From assembly GCA_036626195.1 (NCBI GenBank), contig JAZKSH010000001.1:9334-73333 (forward strand): a stretch of DNA of 64,000 nt, read 5' to 3'. The notes beneath the pieces were generated by a model that saw nothing but the letters and a program-made list of their open reading frames with translations, ran no database searches and was not told where the DNA came from. The stretch comes from Thermoplasmatota archaeon (GTDB lineage: Archaea > Thermoplasmatota > Thermoplasmata > Halarchaeoplasmatales > Halarchaeoplasmataceae). The position numbers and the translations under genes were made by a program. Positions 9,636 to 19,527 of this stretch are shown piece after piece (position 1 is the stretch's first letter; each line of letters starts with the position of its first letter).

Positions 9636-9901
9636 TCGATCTTACCACGCTTTTCTACGGTGCGGCACTTCTCTTTGGAATCTCTATCATCGTGTGTGTT
9701 TTCAGGATTTTTTTAGGCCCTACCGCAGCGGATAGAAATGTCGGATTGGACACTATCAACACTCTTGTAGTAGCAATCATGATTACGATGGGTGCTGCGA
9801 TGTGGGAAACGCTTTTCATTGATATAGCCATCGTATACGCCATACTTTCGTTTATAACTACGCTTTTCATCGCCAAATATCTGGAAGGAGGTGTAGATTG
9901 A
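9632..9901 (+). CDS. mbhB: MrpF-like (MbhB)
   Basis: Small three-helix membrane protein with an ATGA overlap onto the previous gene. Confidence 0.6.
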   Translation: MIDLTTLFYGAALLFGISIIVCVFRIFLGPTAADRNVGLDTINTLVVAIMITMGAAMWETLFIDIAIVYAILSFITTLFIAKYLEGGVD

Positions 9902-10330
9902 ATGGCTTTTAGTTGGCCTATCATTTTGATTGTCATACTACTGATCATTGCACAGGTATTCAATGTATTAGGCGCCATAGGCCTACATCGATTTCCCGAC
10001 GTTTATACTAGACTTCACGCCGCCACGAAATGCACTACATTTGGAACCATCTTCGTGACTTTTACCGTCATAGCTTATAGTGTTAGACAGTACATCCTTA
10101 CCGACGAAGGGAAATTCATCAATATGGCCATCCATACTCTGATCGCTTTGATAGCCCTCCTAGCAACGAATCCAACAGGTGCTCACGCCATCGCAAGGGC
10201 CGCCCACAAGATGGGGGTCAAGCCCGAAAAAGCTGTAAAAGACGATCTAAAAGGCGCTGATCTTCACCAGAAAAAAAGGTCGAAGAAGATGATGAAAAAA
10301 AAGGTTGATGAGTCGACGGAGGTGAACTGA
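9902..10330 (+). CDS. mbhC: MrpG-like (MbhC)
   Basis: MnhG signature HRFPDVYTRLHAATK. Confidence 0.65.
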   Translation: MAFSWPIILIVILLIIAQVFNVLGAIGLHRFPDVYTRLHAATKCTTFGTIFVTFTVIAYSVRQYILTDEGKFINMAIHTLIALIALLATNPTGAHAIARAAHKMGVKPEKAVKDDLKGADLHQKKRSKKMMKKKVDESTEVN

Positions 10331-10588
10331 ATGACTTTGATCGTTCAGATAATACAATTCTTATTGTTAATCGGATTGATTATAACGGCCTTAGCGGTTG
10401 TGATGTTCAAGGACCTCATTTCCGCGGCTATCGCTCTTGGGGCGAGTAGTTTACTTTTATCCCTGCAGTTTTACCTGTTGAGAGCCCCCGACGTGGCGAT
10501 CGCTGAAGCCGCAGTGGGTGCAGCACTGACCACCGCCATATTCATATTCGCGATAAAGTCTACAGAAAGAAAGGAGGGATACAGATGA
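10331..10588 (+). CDS. mbhD: MbhD (DUF4040, MrpA C-terminal-like)
   Basis: 85-aa membrane protein in its expected position. Confidence 0.55.
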   Translation: MTLIVQIIQFLLLIGLIITALAVVMFKDLISAAIALGASSLLLSLQFYLLRAPDVAIAEAAVGAALTTAIFIFAIKSTERKEGYR

Positions 10589-10872
10589 GAAAGGCAGTTG
10601 CGCTCATCGCATTCTTCGTAATATTCGCCTTTTTAGTTGTAGGGGTCGTCCAGATGAGACCCTTCGGTGAGCCGGAAAATGAGGAGATGGACGATCACTT
10701 CTTGGGGGATAGCCAGCAAAGACATCAGGTAAATAACGTGGTCACTGCAGTGCTCTTCGATTACAGAGGCCTTGATACGTTGGGAGAAGCTACGATTCTT
10801 TTTTCAGCCGTGTCCGGTGTTTTGACCGTGCTCCGCAAGGTCAAAGATGAAAAAGAGGGGGTGGAAGATTGA
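10585..10872 (+). CDS. mbhE: MbhE-like small membrane subunit
   Basis: 95 aa with one TM helix, overlapping the neighbouring genes. Confidence 0.5.
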   Translation: MRKAVALIAFFVIFAFLVVGVVQMRPFGEPENEEMDDHFLGDSQQRHQVNNVVTAVLFDYRGLDTLGEATILFSAVSGVLTVLRKVKDEKEGVED

Positions 10873-11360
10873 ATTGGGGGATGTCTAGAGTCGTCAGAAC
10901 CGTCGCCGATATCCTTGTAGTCCCTATAATCATATTTGGTATATACTTGGTGCTTCACGGACATCTCACCCCTGGTGGAGGATTTCAAGGTGGTGCGGTT
11001 ATAGCTTCGGCTACCGCTCTTCTAATAATTTCCTACGGATCATTGGGAAAGCACAAGAAAGATCTTTCATCCATGGAAGCGATCGGTTTAACGCTGTTCA
11101 TCCTGATCGCTTTCTTCGGAATCGGGTACACGATGTTCTATAATTACCTAGCCGGTACTGGTGGGATCTTCGGTGGAACGGTCCCGGTGGGGCCAAACCC
11201 CGGATCCATTAATACGGGAGGAACCGTGACGCTCATGAATCTAATGGTCGGAGTAGAAGTCTCCGCAGCCCTCAGCTTGATCCTTTGGATGATGTCCCGA
11301 GAGAGCGGTGTTATGGAACCGATGAAAGAAAGTTCTGATGAAACGGAGGTGGAAGATTGA
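10869..11360 (+). CDS. mbhF: MrpB-like (MbhF)
   Basis: Contains the MnhB-domain GGGFQGG motif. Confidence 0.6.
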   Translation: MNWGMSRVVRTVADILVVPIIIFGIYLVLHGHLTPGGGFQGGAVIASATALLIISYGSLGKHKKDLSSMEAIGLTLFILIAFFGIGYTMFYNYLAGTGGIFGGTVPVGPNPGSINTGGTVTLMNLMVGVEVSAALSLILWMMSRESGVMEPMKESSDETEVED

Positions 11361-11716
11361 CATGGGAGACATTTTTCCTAACGATGCCTTATTTGGCCGT
11401 GGTTATACTTTTCTCCATAGGGCTTTACGTCGTCCTTTTCAAGAAAAATTTGATCAAGATCATCATGGGGATAATGATAATGCAGAACGGCGCTAATCTG
11501 TTCCTAGTCTCTCTAGCCTACAGAGACGGTTACTACGCGCCGATATTCACTAGTGCCGAATCCGCTGATATGGTGATGCCGACTCCTCACGCGCTCACAT
11601 TGACCAGCATCGTGATCGGGTTGGCCACCACAGCTCTCATGCTCTCTTTCACTATAATGATCAAAAGGCACTACGGGAGCATCAACACTGAAGATGTCCG
11701 GAGGTGTAAAGAATGA
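11357..11716 (+). CDS. mbhG: MrpC/NuoK-like (MbhG)
   Basis: 119-aa three-helix membrane protein. Confidence 0.6.
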   Translation: MTWETFFLTMPYLAVVILFSIGLYVVLFKKNLIKIIMGIMIMQNGANLFLVSLAYRDGYYAPIFTSAESADMVMPTPHALTLTSIVIGLATTALMLSFTIMIKRHYGSINTEDVRRCKE

Positions 11717-13251
11717 CATGGGATACTATCGTTACGAGCAGCCCCACGTTCATCTTGGGATTACCCCTTCTCTTCGCATTTTTAACCACTTTAGCGGGAA
11801 AATTCTCCAAGAAGTTAGGGAAGATACTGTTTGGTATAGGGTTACTCCTAACAGCTTTCTTCGTGGGCGTGATGTCCTATCAAGTTCTTACTGTAGACTC
11901 CTGGTTCTATGTCTTTGGAGCCGACCAGCCCACTCCTGAGAATCTACTGTCTTTCTTTAGGATCACTTTTGTTGCTGACGGATTCGCTGTTTTGGCGACC
12001 GTAACGATAGCTATAACTGCCGTGGCCGCAGGGATATATTCCTACAGCTTCATGAAAGGTGAAAGCGGGTTGAATAAGTTCTATACCTTGTTCCTGTTGA
12101 CCCTCGCGGGAGTCAACGGGATGGTGCTGACTGGTGATCTATTCAACCTTTTCGTCTGGTTCGAAGTCACATCGGTGGCGTCTTGTGCCCTTGTCGCGTT
12201 CCAAAACTACAGAGGAAGAAGCATCGAGGCCGCGTTAAAATACATGGTCCTCAGCACTGTGGGAGGTCTATTCGTTTTATTCTCTATCGGTCTATTATAT
12301 GGGCAATATGGTGTGCTGAACTACGCTCTATTGAGAGAAGGTATAACTGGAACTTTCATAGACAAACTCGCCTTGGGAATCTTAGCGGTCGTATTGGCGA
12401 TGAAATCCAGCAGTGCACCGATGCACATGTGGGCACCCGACGCTTACGGAGAAGCGCCGGGTTCCGTTACGCCTTTCATCGCCGTGACGAGCATGGGATC
12501 ACTTTTCGTACTGTTTAGGCTGCTTTTCGGTGTGTTCTCAGTGAGCATCGATCCTGCAGTCTCGGGCTCTATCTTGATTATCCTCGGCGTACTCTCTATG
12601 ATCGTCGGGGTTACGATGGCCCTCGTACAGAGCGATCTGAAACGTTTGATCGCCTACCTTTCAGTTTCACAGATCGGTTATATGATGATGGCCGTTGGTG
12701 TCGGCCTGGCCACTTTGAACACTGGAGACTATGAGAGCTTTGGAGAACTGGCGATGCGTGGTGGGCTTTTCCACATGATAAACGACGGTGTCTACAAGGC
12801 TCTGCTGTTCCTCTCCGCCGTGGCGGTGGTCCATTCTACAGGCATAAGGAGTCTGAACGAGCTCGGCGGAGTCGCCCACCAGATGCCCTACACCACTTTC
12901 TTCTTTTTACTGGGAGGTTTATCCATAGCCGGGATACCTCCACTTTCTGGCTTCAGTTCAAAACTGCTCATATACCAATCTGTATATCGTTACAGTCCCA
13001 TCTTGGCTATCATCGCTTTAGTGGTCAGCATAATCACCCTGGCGATAATCGGAAAGGCATTTTTCAACGCTTTCCTGGGACCAGACCAGGGATTGGTCAA
13101 CAAAAAGGTATCCAAGACCATGCTGCTGGGGATGGGTATTTTGGCCGCAGTTTTGGTAATATTCACCCTGTTCCCGAACCTCGTTGTAACAGAGATCGTC
13201 TCTCCGGCCATCGACGGCTTGATCGGATCCTTTGAAGGGGTGTTACCATGA
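11713..13251 (+). CDS. mbhH: MrpD/NuoN-like proton-translocating antiporter subunit (MbhH)
   Basis: 512 aa and polytopic, with the proton-pumping-membrane-protein fold signature. Confidence 0.75.
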   Translation: MTWDTIVTSSPTFILGLPLLFAFLTTLAGKFSKKLGKILFGIGLLLTAFFVGVMSYQVLTVDSWFYVFGADQPTPENLLSFFRITFVADGFAVLATVTIAITAVAAGIYSYSFMKGESGLNKFYTLFLLTLAGVNGMVLTGDLFNLFVWFEVTSVASCALVAFQNYRGRSIEAALKYMVLSTVGGLFVLFSIGLLYGQYGVLNYALLREGITGTFIDKLALGILAVVLAMKSSSAPMHMWAPDAYGEAPGSVTPFIAVTSMGSLFVLFRLLFGVFSVSIDPAVSGSILIILGVLSMIVGVTMALVQSDLKRLIAYLSVSQIGYMMMAVGVGLATLNTGDYESFGELAMRGGLFHMINDGVYKALLFLSAVAVVHSTGIRSLNELGGVAHQMPYTTFFFLLGGLSIAGIPPLSGFSSKLLIYQSVYRYSPILAIIALVVSIITLAIIGKAFFNAFLGPDQGLVNKKVSKTMLLGMGILAAVLVIFTLFPNLVVTEIVSPAIDGLIGSFEGVLP

Positions 13252-13592
13252 TCGATATAAGTATAGTCCTGGAGAATATGTGGAGTCCCGTCATATTTAT
13301 CTTGGTAGTGCTGGTAAATCTTGCTATAGCATACTGGCTCTACAGGATGGGGAATCCTGAGTACAAGAAGACGGAACACAGTGGAGAGCCTTTCATCTCC
13401 GGTAATCGACCACCTGGAGATGTGAAGAAGATACATGTTGCTGGAGATAACTTGTTCTGGGGATTCCAGGACGCGTTGAAGCGGTACTTCGAACCGCTGA
13501 TTGAGGGACATACGGGAAAGCTCAATGATTACATGTATTGGGTCGTGATCACTTTAGCCGTGGTTTTGGTTTATATCTATCTGGTGGTGTAA
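13248..13592 (+). CDS. mbhI: MbhI small membrane subunit
   Basis: 114 aa, in its expected position. Confidence 0.5.
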   Translation: MIDISIVLENMWSPVIFILVVLVNLAIAYWLYRMGNPEYKKTEHSGEPFISGNRPPGDVKKIHVAGDNLFWGFQDALKRYFEPLIEGHTGKLNDYMYWVVITLAVVLVYIYLVV

Positions 13593-14038
13593 AGATGAAG
13601 TTATCTAAAACTTTCGATAAAGCCCTCTGGGTCTTTCACGTGAACAGCGGTTCATGCAACGGATGCGATATCGAGATAGTCGCAGCCGTAACCCCTAGAT
13701 ATGATACGGAGAGATTCGGAATCAAACTCGTAGGTTCTCCGAGGCACGCCGACGTACTGTTGTTTACGGGTCCAGTCACTAAAAGGATGAAGGACAGGGT
13801 CCTACGAGTTTATGAGCAGACCCCTAATCCAAAGGCTGTACTTGTGATAGGAAATTGTGCAAATACTACCGGGGTTTATTACGACAGCTACGCGGTGGAG
13901 GGCCCTATAGATAGGATACTCCCCGAAGATGCGCACATCATTTACGTTAACGGATGTCCCGTCAGACCGGAGAACGTGATAAACGGCGTAAAAGAAGCCT
14001 GGCTACACCTAGAGAAACTTAGAGGTGATGACAAATGA
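13593..14038 (+). CDS. mbhJ: [NiFe]-hydrogenase small subunit, NuoB-like (MbhJ)
   Basis: CNGCDIE...GNCAN...NGCPVRP, the proximal [4Fe-4S] cysteine pattern of NuoB-type subunits. Confidence 0.8.
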
Positions 14039-14625
14039 ATCAAGAGTTACCGCTCAGCGTCGAAGAAGTCGAAGATCATTTTAAAGAGAAATTGGGGGAG
14101 AACGTCAAGGATAGCGAAAAGGAGGAATTCAAAAAAGGTGTGGAAGAAACCGAAATGAAATGGATATGGATGACCGTTGAAAGAGAAAAATTCAGGGAAG
14201 CGGTCAAAGCTCTAGCGGAACTGCAGATACCACACCTTTCGGTCACTTCCGGTTCGGATATGGGAGAATTCGTTGAACTCATCTATCACTTCCAGATCAA
14301 TTACAGTCATCCAAGCGAGGAGATCTCGGTGAATATAAAAGTCCATCTACCCAAAGATGACCTGACGATCCCGACTATAACGGATATCGTCCCGGGAGCC
14401 TTGACCACGGAGAGAGAAAAACAGGAATTTTTAGGTGTTGAGGTAACAGATATACCCGATTCCCGGAAATTGTGGCTGGATGAAGAATTTCCTGACGACA
14501 GATATCCATGGCGCTGGGATGAAAAGGGGATGGAAGAGATGTCGAGATATGTTCATGATTCCGAGGAGGCGTCTGATAAGCCCACCTCTCAAAAGGCGAA
14601 AGAAAGGAAAGGAGGTGAAGATTGA
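14035..14625 (+). CDS. mbhK: NuoC-like subunit (MbhK)
   Basis: 30-kDa-subunit-like sequence sitting between the NuoB-like and NuoD-like genes. Confidence 0.65.
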   Translation: MNQELPLSVEEVEDHFKEKLGENVKDSEKEEFKKGVEETEMKWIWMTVEREKFREAVKALAELQIPHLSVTSGSDMGEFVELIYHFQINYSHPSEEISVNIKVHLPKDDLTIPTITDIVPGALTTEREKQEFLGVEVTDIPDSRKLWLDEEFPDDRYPWRWDEKGMEEMSRYVHDSEEASDKPTSQKAKERKGGED

Positions 14626-15872
14626 TGGCTGAAGAAGAGGAAACAACCTATGAGGTCCCGATCGGGCCCATACATCCGGCTCTGAAGGAACCCTTCCTGA
14701 TCCAATTCAAATTGGATGGTGAAGAGATAGTCGACGCAGACCCTCATCCAGGGATGAACCACCGTGGGATAGAATTCATGGGGATGCATAGAAATCCGAT
14801 GAAAGTGATACCTCTGTCCGAAAGAATATGCGGTATATGCTCTATAGTACATCAGCACATGTACACCACTGCAACTGAACACGCTGCGGGTATCGTACCC
14901 ACCAATAGATCTAGGTATATCAGGGCAATACTGTGCGAACTGGAGCGAATCCATTCACACATATTATGGGCGGGAGTTGCGGCCCACGAGATCGGTTTCG
15001 ATACCCATTTACATTTCACCTGGAAGATACGGGAGAAAGTGATGGACCTTTTAGAATACATCACTGGAAATCGGGTCAACTATTCGATGTGGACCTTTGG
15101 AGGCGTGAGAAGAGATATAACTGAGGATATGCATCCGAAAATCTTTGAGACGTTGGAGTATTATGAGGAGTTATACGAAAAATTAGAAGACATATTTTTA
15201 AACGACCCGAGCATAAAGATGAGGACTAAAGACGTTGGTATACTCACTAAAGAAGATGCGCTCAAACTCTGTGGTGTCGGTCCCACCGTTCGCGCATCGG
15301 GTGTGAAGAAGGACGTTAGGATAGACCAGCCTTATGCGGCTTATGGGGATTTAGATATAGATTATGTCGTGCCGTCACGGTACGGTTACGAAGACAAGGG
15401 CGACGTTTTCTGTAAAACGCTGGTGAGGTTGAAGGAGGTCCTTCAATCGATCGATATCATAAAACAATGTGTGGAACATATGCCTGAAGGTGAAATAACC
15501 AGCGAACAGAACAAAGCAGCTCTTTTGAACAAGCTGAAGGGGATGGACGGGGAAGGTATAGGGAGGATCGAAGCTCCCCGTGGTGAAGCAATACATTACG
15601 TGAGACTCAAAGGCGGAAAGAAAGAAGTGGATGCCTGGAAAGTGAGAGCCTCAACTTACAACAATCTAGCTACGTACGGACCCATGTTTATGGGCGAGCA
15701 GATAGCTGATATACCTATCATAGCAGCTTCGATAGATCCATGTATAGGATGCATGGACAGAGCGGAGATAACTGATGTAAATACCGGCGAAACTGAATCA
15801 TATTCGAAGGAAGAACTCCATGAATTGTCCGTTAAGAAGACGGAAGAGATAACAGACGGAGGGATAGAATGA
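14622..15872 (+). CDS. mbhL: [NiFe]-hydrogenase large subunit, NuoD-like (MbhL)
   Basis: N-terminal RICGICSIVH and C-terminal DPCIGCMDR are present. All four Ni-Fe ligand cysteines are retained. Confidence 0.8.
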   Translation: MMAEEEETTYEVPIGPIHPALKEPFLIQFKLDGEEIVDADPHPGMNHRGIEFMGMHRNPMKVIPLSERICGICSIVHQHMYTTATEHAAGIVPTNRSRYIRAILCELERIHSHILWAGVAAHEIGFDTHLHFTWKIREKVMDLLEYITGNRVNYSMWTFGGVRRDITEDMHPKIFETLEYYEELYEKLEDIFLNDPSIKMRTKDVGILTKEDALKLCGVGPTVRASGVKKDVRIDQPYAAYGDLDIDYVVPSRYGYEDKGDVFCKTLVRLKEVLQSIDIIKQCVEHMPEGEITSEQNKAALLNKLKGMDGEGIGRIEAPRGEAIHYVRLKGGKKEVDAWKVRASTYNNLATYGPMFMGEQIADIPIIAASIDPCIGCMDRAEITDVNTGETESYSKEELHELSVKKTEEITDGGIE

Positions 15873-16876
15873 ATTTCGTGGTAGACTGGGGGATAAAGTT
15901 CCTTCTGGTCATAGTTATATCTTTGATAGGGATTTTTTTAGGGCTGCTCTATAAGGGATTTGACAGAAAGATTACAGCAATGATGCAGGCGAGGATCGGA
16001 CCGCCGTGGAGGCAGCCTTTCCGTGATGTTAAGAAACTTTTCATGAAAGAGACCATCGTTCCGGACTCCGCCGTACCTTGGCTTTTCCATACCGCACCGA
16101 TCTTCGCCCTAGTTGCTCCTCTAGTGGCTCTAGCTTACTTACCTCTTGGACCCTTTGAGCCCCTGATGGAAGGTTACGGCAACCTGATACTTATTCTTTA
16201 TTTGCTGGCTATCCCCGCTGTTGCCATGGCCATGGGGGGATTGGCTAGTGGGTCGCCCTACGCTACTGTCGGTTCTCAACGTGAACTAGTACTTATGATG
16301 AGCTATGAGCTTCCTCTCGCGATAGCTGCAGTAACGCTGGCATACAATTACAATACGTTTTCCCTAGCGGTCATCTCCTCCGACCCCGTTTGGAATACCG
16401 TGGGCGCGATGGGTATCCTCGGTTTTGCATTGATACTCGCAGCTCTGATCGCCGTGATGCCTGGCGAGTTATCCAAGGTTCCTTTCGATCAGGCGGAAGC
16501 TGAAACGGAACTAGCTGAAGGGCTGTTCGTGGAATATTCCGGTAGAAATCTAGGGGTCTTTTACATAGCAGAAGTCGTTAAGATGATCTTTGTCGGGGCA
16601 TTATTGATCGCTCTATTCTTTCCTTACAACCTTTCAAATTGGTATTCCTTCGGAGGCCCAGAAGTGGTAAACGGTATGTTATTGGGAAACTTGATAGCGG
16701 ACGTACTGTTTTTCTTGCTTAAGTTGTTAGTGATCATATACGTAGGTGTCTCCGTGATAAGAGTCGCTTTTGCTAGGTTCCAGATCAACAAAGCAAGTTA
16801 TTTCTACTGGGTACCGATGACGGTCGTTGGTCTGCTAGGAACGCTTCTTGTAGTATTGGAGAATGGTGGATTATGA
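15869..16876 (+). CDS. mbhM: NuoH-like membrane subunit (MbhM)
   Basis: 335 aa, polytopic. Confidence 0.7.
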   Translation: MNFVVDWGIKFLLVIVISLIGIFLGLLYKGFDRKITAMMQARIGPPWRQPFRDVKKLFMKETIVPDSAVPWLFHTAPIFALVAPLVALAYLPLGPFEPLMEGYGNLILILYLLAIPAVAMAMGGLASGSPYATVGSQRELVLMMSYELPLAIAAVTLAYNYNTFSLAVISSDPVWNTVGAMGILGFALILAALIAVMPGELSKVPFDQAEAETELAEGLFVEYSGRNLGVFYIAEVVKMIFVGALLIALFFPYNLSNWYSFGGPEVVNGMLLGNLIADVLFFLLKLLVIIYVGVSVIRVAFARFQINKASYFYWVPMTVVGLLGTLLVVLENGGL

Positions 16877-16887
16877 GGTGATAAAAA

Positions 16888-17292
16888 ATGCCGACACAAA
16901 CCATCTACACGCTCATCAAGCAGCTCTTAACCGAGAAAGCAACGAATCCTTTCCCTGTAAAGTACACTCCCGACAATATGCACGATGCCGCTGAGTTGAT
17001 AGAAAAAGGAAAGTTGGAAATCAATCCTCCAGTGGAAGTTCCGTCGGATTTTAGAGGAAAGCTGGAGTATGATAAGGAATCCTGTATCGGGTGTAAGTTG
17101 TGCGTAAGAGTTTGCCCGTCCGAAGCCCTGATATTCAAAGAGGATGAGGAGAAAATCAAACATTATGTGGCAAGATGTACCTTCTGCGGTCAATGCGTGA
17201 ACATCTGTCCTCAGAATTGCTTCAAGTTCAGCGAAGAGTTCCTCATAGCAGGTCCGGAAAAAGAATCTGAAGATCTAGTCATAAACCCGTGA
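16888..17292 (+). CDS. mbhN: NuoI-like 2x[4Fe-4S] ferredoxin subunit (MbhN)
   Basis: Two clusters, CIGCKLCVRVCP and CTFCGQCVNICP. Confidence 0.8.
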   Translation: MPTQTIYTLIKQLLTEKATNPFPVKYTPDNMHDAAELIEKGKLEINPPVEVPSDFRGKLEYDKESCIGCKLCVRVCPSEALIFKEDEEKIKHYVARCTFCGQCVNICPQNCFKFSEEFLIAGPEKESEDLVINP

Positions 17293-17352
17293 GATGGTTT
17301 TAGGGGTTGATCGGTGGTAGGCTCGTAGGGGCCTAGAGCTCGTACACCTTGA

Positions 17353-17808
17353 TCATTTTTTCTTTTTGAGTTCCGGTATTTCTCTCCATTCTCCAGATTT
17401 CAAAAGTTCTATCATCCTGTTTTTTGCTTCCTCGAGCTCGGGTGTCATCCCTTCTTTCAAACTCATATCCTTTGGTTGGATACCTATCAAGATTACTTCA
17501 TCGACCTTTTTGTCTAAAAAACCCATAACGGTAGAAAGCGGCATCGCGTGAGTGCTCATCGTGAACACGCCTAGATGCTCCCTCGGCACGATCCTCAGCT
17601 CTCCAGGCTCTAATCCCATTTTAGCAGCATCTATTATAACTACAAGTTCGTACTGGTCATCTTCGATCAGAGTTATATGGTTCTCCGGGACCGAGCCACA
17701 GTCCACTGTCTCCCACTCCTCGCTTTCGAATTCCCTAGCGACGATCTCCCCGGCCGCATCGTCTCCTCTGATGTCGTTCCCAACGCCCATCAAAAGTTTT
17801 TTTGCCAT
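17353..17808 (-). CDS. hycI: Hydrogenase maturation endopeptidase (HycI/HybD family)
   Basis: GVGNDIRGDDAAG, then a D-x-A region, then an H-containing block. It is divergent from the mbh cluster. Confidence 0.75.
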   Translation of the reverse strand: MAKKLLMGVGNDIRGDDAAGEIVAREFESEEWETVDCGSVPENHITLIEDDQYELVVIIDAAKMGLEPGELRIVPREHLGVFTMSTHAMPLSTVMGFLDKKVDEVILIGIQPKDMSLKEGMTPELEEAKNRMIELLKSGEWREIPELKKKK

Positions 17809-17908
17809 ATCTATCGCAACATGATTGGGTATTTACAATTTTTGCGGGTGTAAATTTTCACTCGGTCAAAAACAGAAAAATATTTTAGAGGTCAGACAAT
17901 TTCTGCCG

Positions 17909-18832
17909 CAGATGGAAGAGGAACTAGAAAGAGCAGAGAGATTTCTAGAACTCGCTCCTGAGTCCGAAGTCGACGAATATGCGCTGGATAAATTGAAGAA
18001 TCGCATCTATAGGTGGAAAAATGCCGATGTAGAATATCTAGCGGACTTGGAGTATTTTATAAATGGGAAAAGGTATGACGACCTGTTGAATGCCTTCTCC
18101 GAAATAGAAGATCTAAAAAAAATTAAGATTAAATTTTTGAAGCCTAATGTAGACGGGGAATGGAATTTTTCTAAACCTACGAAGGAGGTAAAAGAAAAAG
18201 ATGGGAAGGGTGTATGTAAGACCTTCGACTACGATCCGAAATCTCTAGATAGCTGGATAGATGCTGAATATTCTAATTTTGAAAAAGTGATGATTAGAGC
18301 TTTTATATCAGACTTTTTTGTACCAATCTCCATCCAAAAAAAGTCAGAGTATCATCGCGCTGAAGAGGTACCTAGGCAGTATGATCCTCGATTGAAAAAA
18401 CTACAGGGATTATGGTCAGATATTAGGTCGGGAGTCCTCCCGTTATGCATCCGACTTTGTCTTTACACTAAAACCCAGAGATACCCGATCTTGATCGACC
18501 CCATGAATAACAAGGTTAAACCGCATCCTCTCAGTTTCATAACCATGGTGGATACTGTGGATAAGGAGCCATTGGAGTACATGAATTTCGATAAAGTTTT
18601 AGCTGCGATTGAATTTCCTAAGTTGGTAAAGAATATATTTGAGCTTTTGTTCATGACCGGTAGAACTTCGATATTCGATATAGCTGGACAGTTGAACATG
18701 GATCGAAACGTGGCTAAAAACAACATCAAGAGTCTAGAAAGTGAAGGTCTAGTAAAAAGGGAGAAAGACATATACTATAAGATAAATAAAGATAAACTGA
18801 AAAAGATGGCTGAAGATTTATCGGTTGATTGA
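17909..18832 (+). CDS. Hypothetical protein with a C-terminal winged-helix-like region
   Basis: The ORF is open from 17825 and Met 17909 is the likely start. The C-terminus IFDIAGQLNMDRNVAKNNIKSLESEGLVKRE looks wHTH-like. Confidence 0.35.
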   Translation, partial: QMEEELERAERFLELAPESEVDEYALDKLKNRIYRWKNADVEYLADLEYFINGKRYDDLLNAFSEIEDLKKIKIKFLKPNVDGEWNFSKPTKEVKEKDGKGVCKTFDYDPKSLDSWIDAEYSNFEKVMIRAFISDFFVPISIQKKSEYHRAEEVPRQYDPRLKKLQGLWSDIRSGVLPLCIRLCLYTKTQRYPILIDPMNNKVKPHPLSFITMVDTVDKEPLEYMNFDKVLAAIEFPKLVKNIFELLFMTGRTSIFDIAGQLNMDRNVAKNNIKSLESEGLVKREKDIYYKINKDKLKKMAEDLSVD

Positions 18833-18862
18833 GGGGTGAAATCAGAAACGTCTGTGAGTGTG

Positions 18863-19345
18863 TCAGGACTTTTCCTCTATCAGATCACCGATTGTTAGCC
18901 CATCCGATCCCTCAGACCTTTTGGTAGAAGTGCTTTCTATCTTTTCCATCAACTCGATATTCAACGTGTTTTCTAACTTATTTCTCAGATCATCACTCGG
19001 TCTCATATCGCTTCTCTCGAGTTTTGCGATGACGGACTTTTTCTCGTTTAACTTTTTAGCTAGCTCTTCCTGCGTGAAGTCCTTTTCTATCCTCCCGCGT
19101 TCTATCCTCTCAGAGTAATCTAGTGCAAGCTCTTTTTTATCTCCCTTGTCTAGACCGGTTGTTTGACCTGTCCTTTTCTTATCTTTTATCCTCTGTAGGA
19201 TTTCTTTTTGGGAGGAATCAGATTTATCGCCTGAAAATATCTCTTTTCCGTAGCTTTTACAGGATTCACACACTTCTATCTCAGAGTTATCTATACTTAC
19301 CGTTGTAGTGTGAGACGTTTCCTTGCCGCAGATCTCGCAGTTCAT
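18863..19345 (-). CDS. mbf1: Archaeal multiprotein bridging factor 1 (aMBF1)
   Basis: N-terminal zinc ribbon CEICG...CESC plus a C-terminal XRE-type HTH, TQEELAKKLNEKKSVIAKLE. Confidence 0.75.
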   Translation of the reverse strand: MNCEICGKETSHTTTVSIDNSEIEVCESCKSYGKEIFSGDKSDSSQKEILQRIKDKKRTGQTTGLDKGDKKELALDYSERIERGRIEKDFTQEELAKKLNEKKSVIAKLERSDMRPSDDLRNKLENTLNIELMEKIESTSTKRSEGSDGLTIGDLIEEKS

Positions 19346-19527
19346 ACAACACACCCGCAATTCTCGTACTTTTTCACTCGATTACTAAATCAGTCAAATG
19401 ATTTAAAGATTGCCTATCTTTTCTTATATTTTCCTATGATTTGATAATTTTCATTGAGAAAACTTTTATATCCCTACTCTAATTACAGGGACGATTAAGG
19501 TAGTCTGAAAATCGAGAATGATATGGC

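Noticed and set aside
12183-12518. 111-aa Arg/Cys-rich ORF in an alternative frame within mbhH
   Set aside because: It is fully embedded in a well-supported NuoN-like membrane subunit gene and has atypical composition. It is a spurious overlapping ORF.
9102-17292. Assigning the organism to Thermococcales on the basis of the Mbh and PDH clusters
   Set aside because: gyrA/gyrB are present, which Thermococcales lack, and GC content is moderate. The lineage cannot be assigned from this window.
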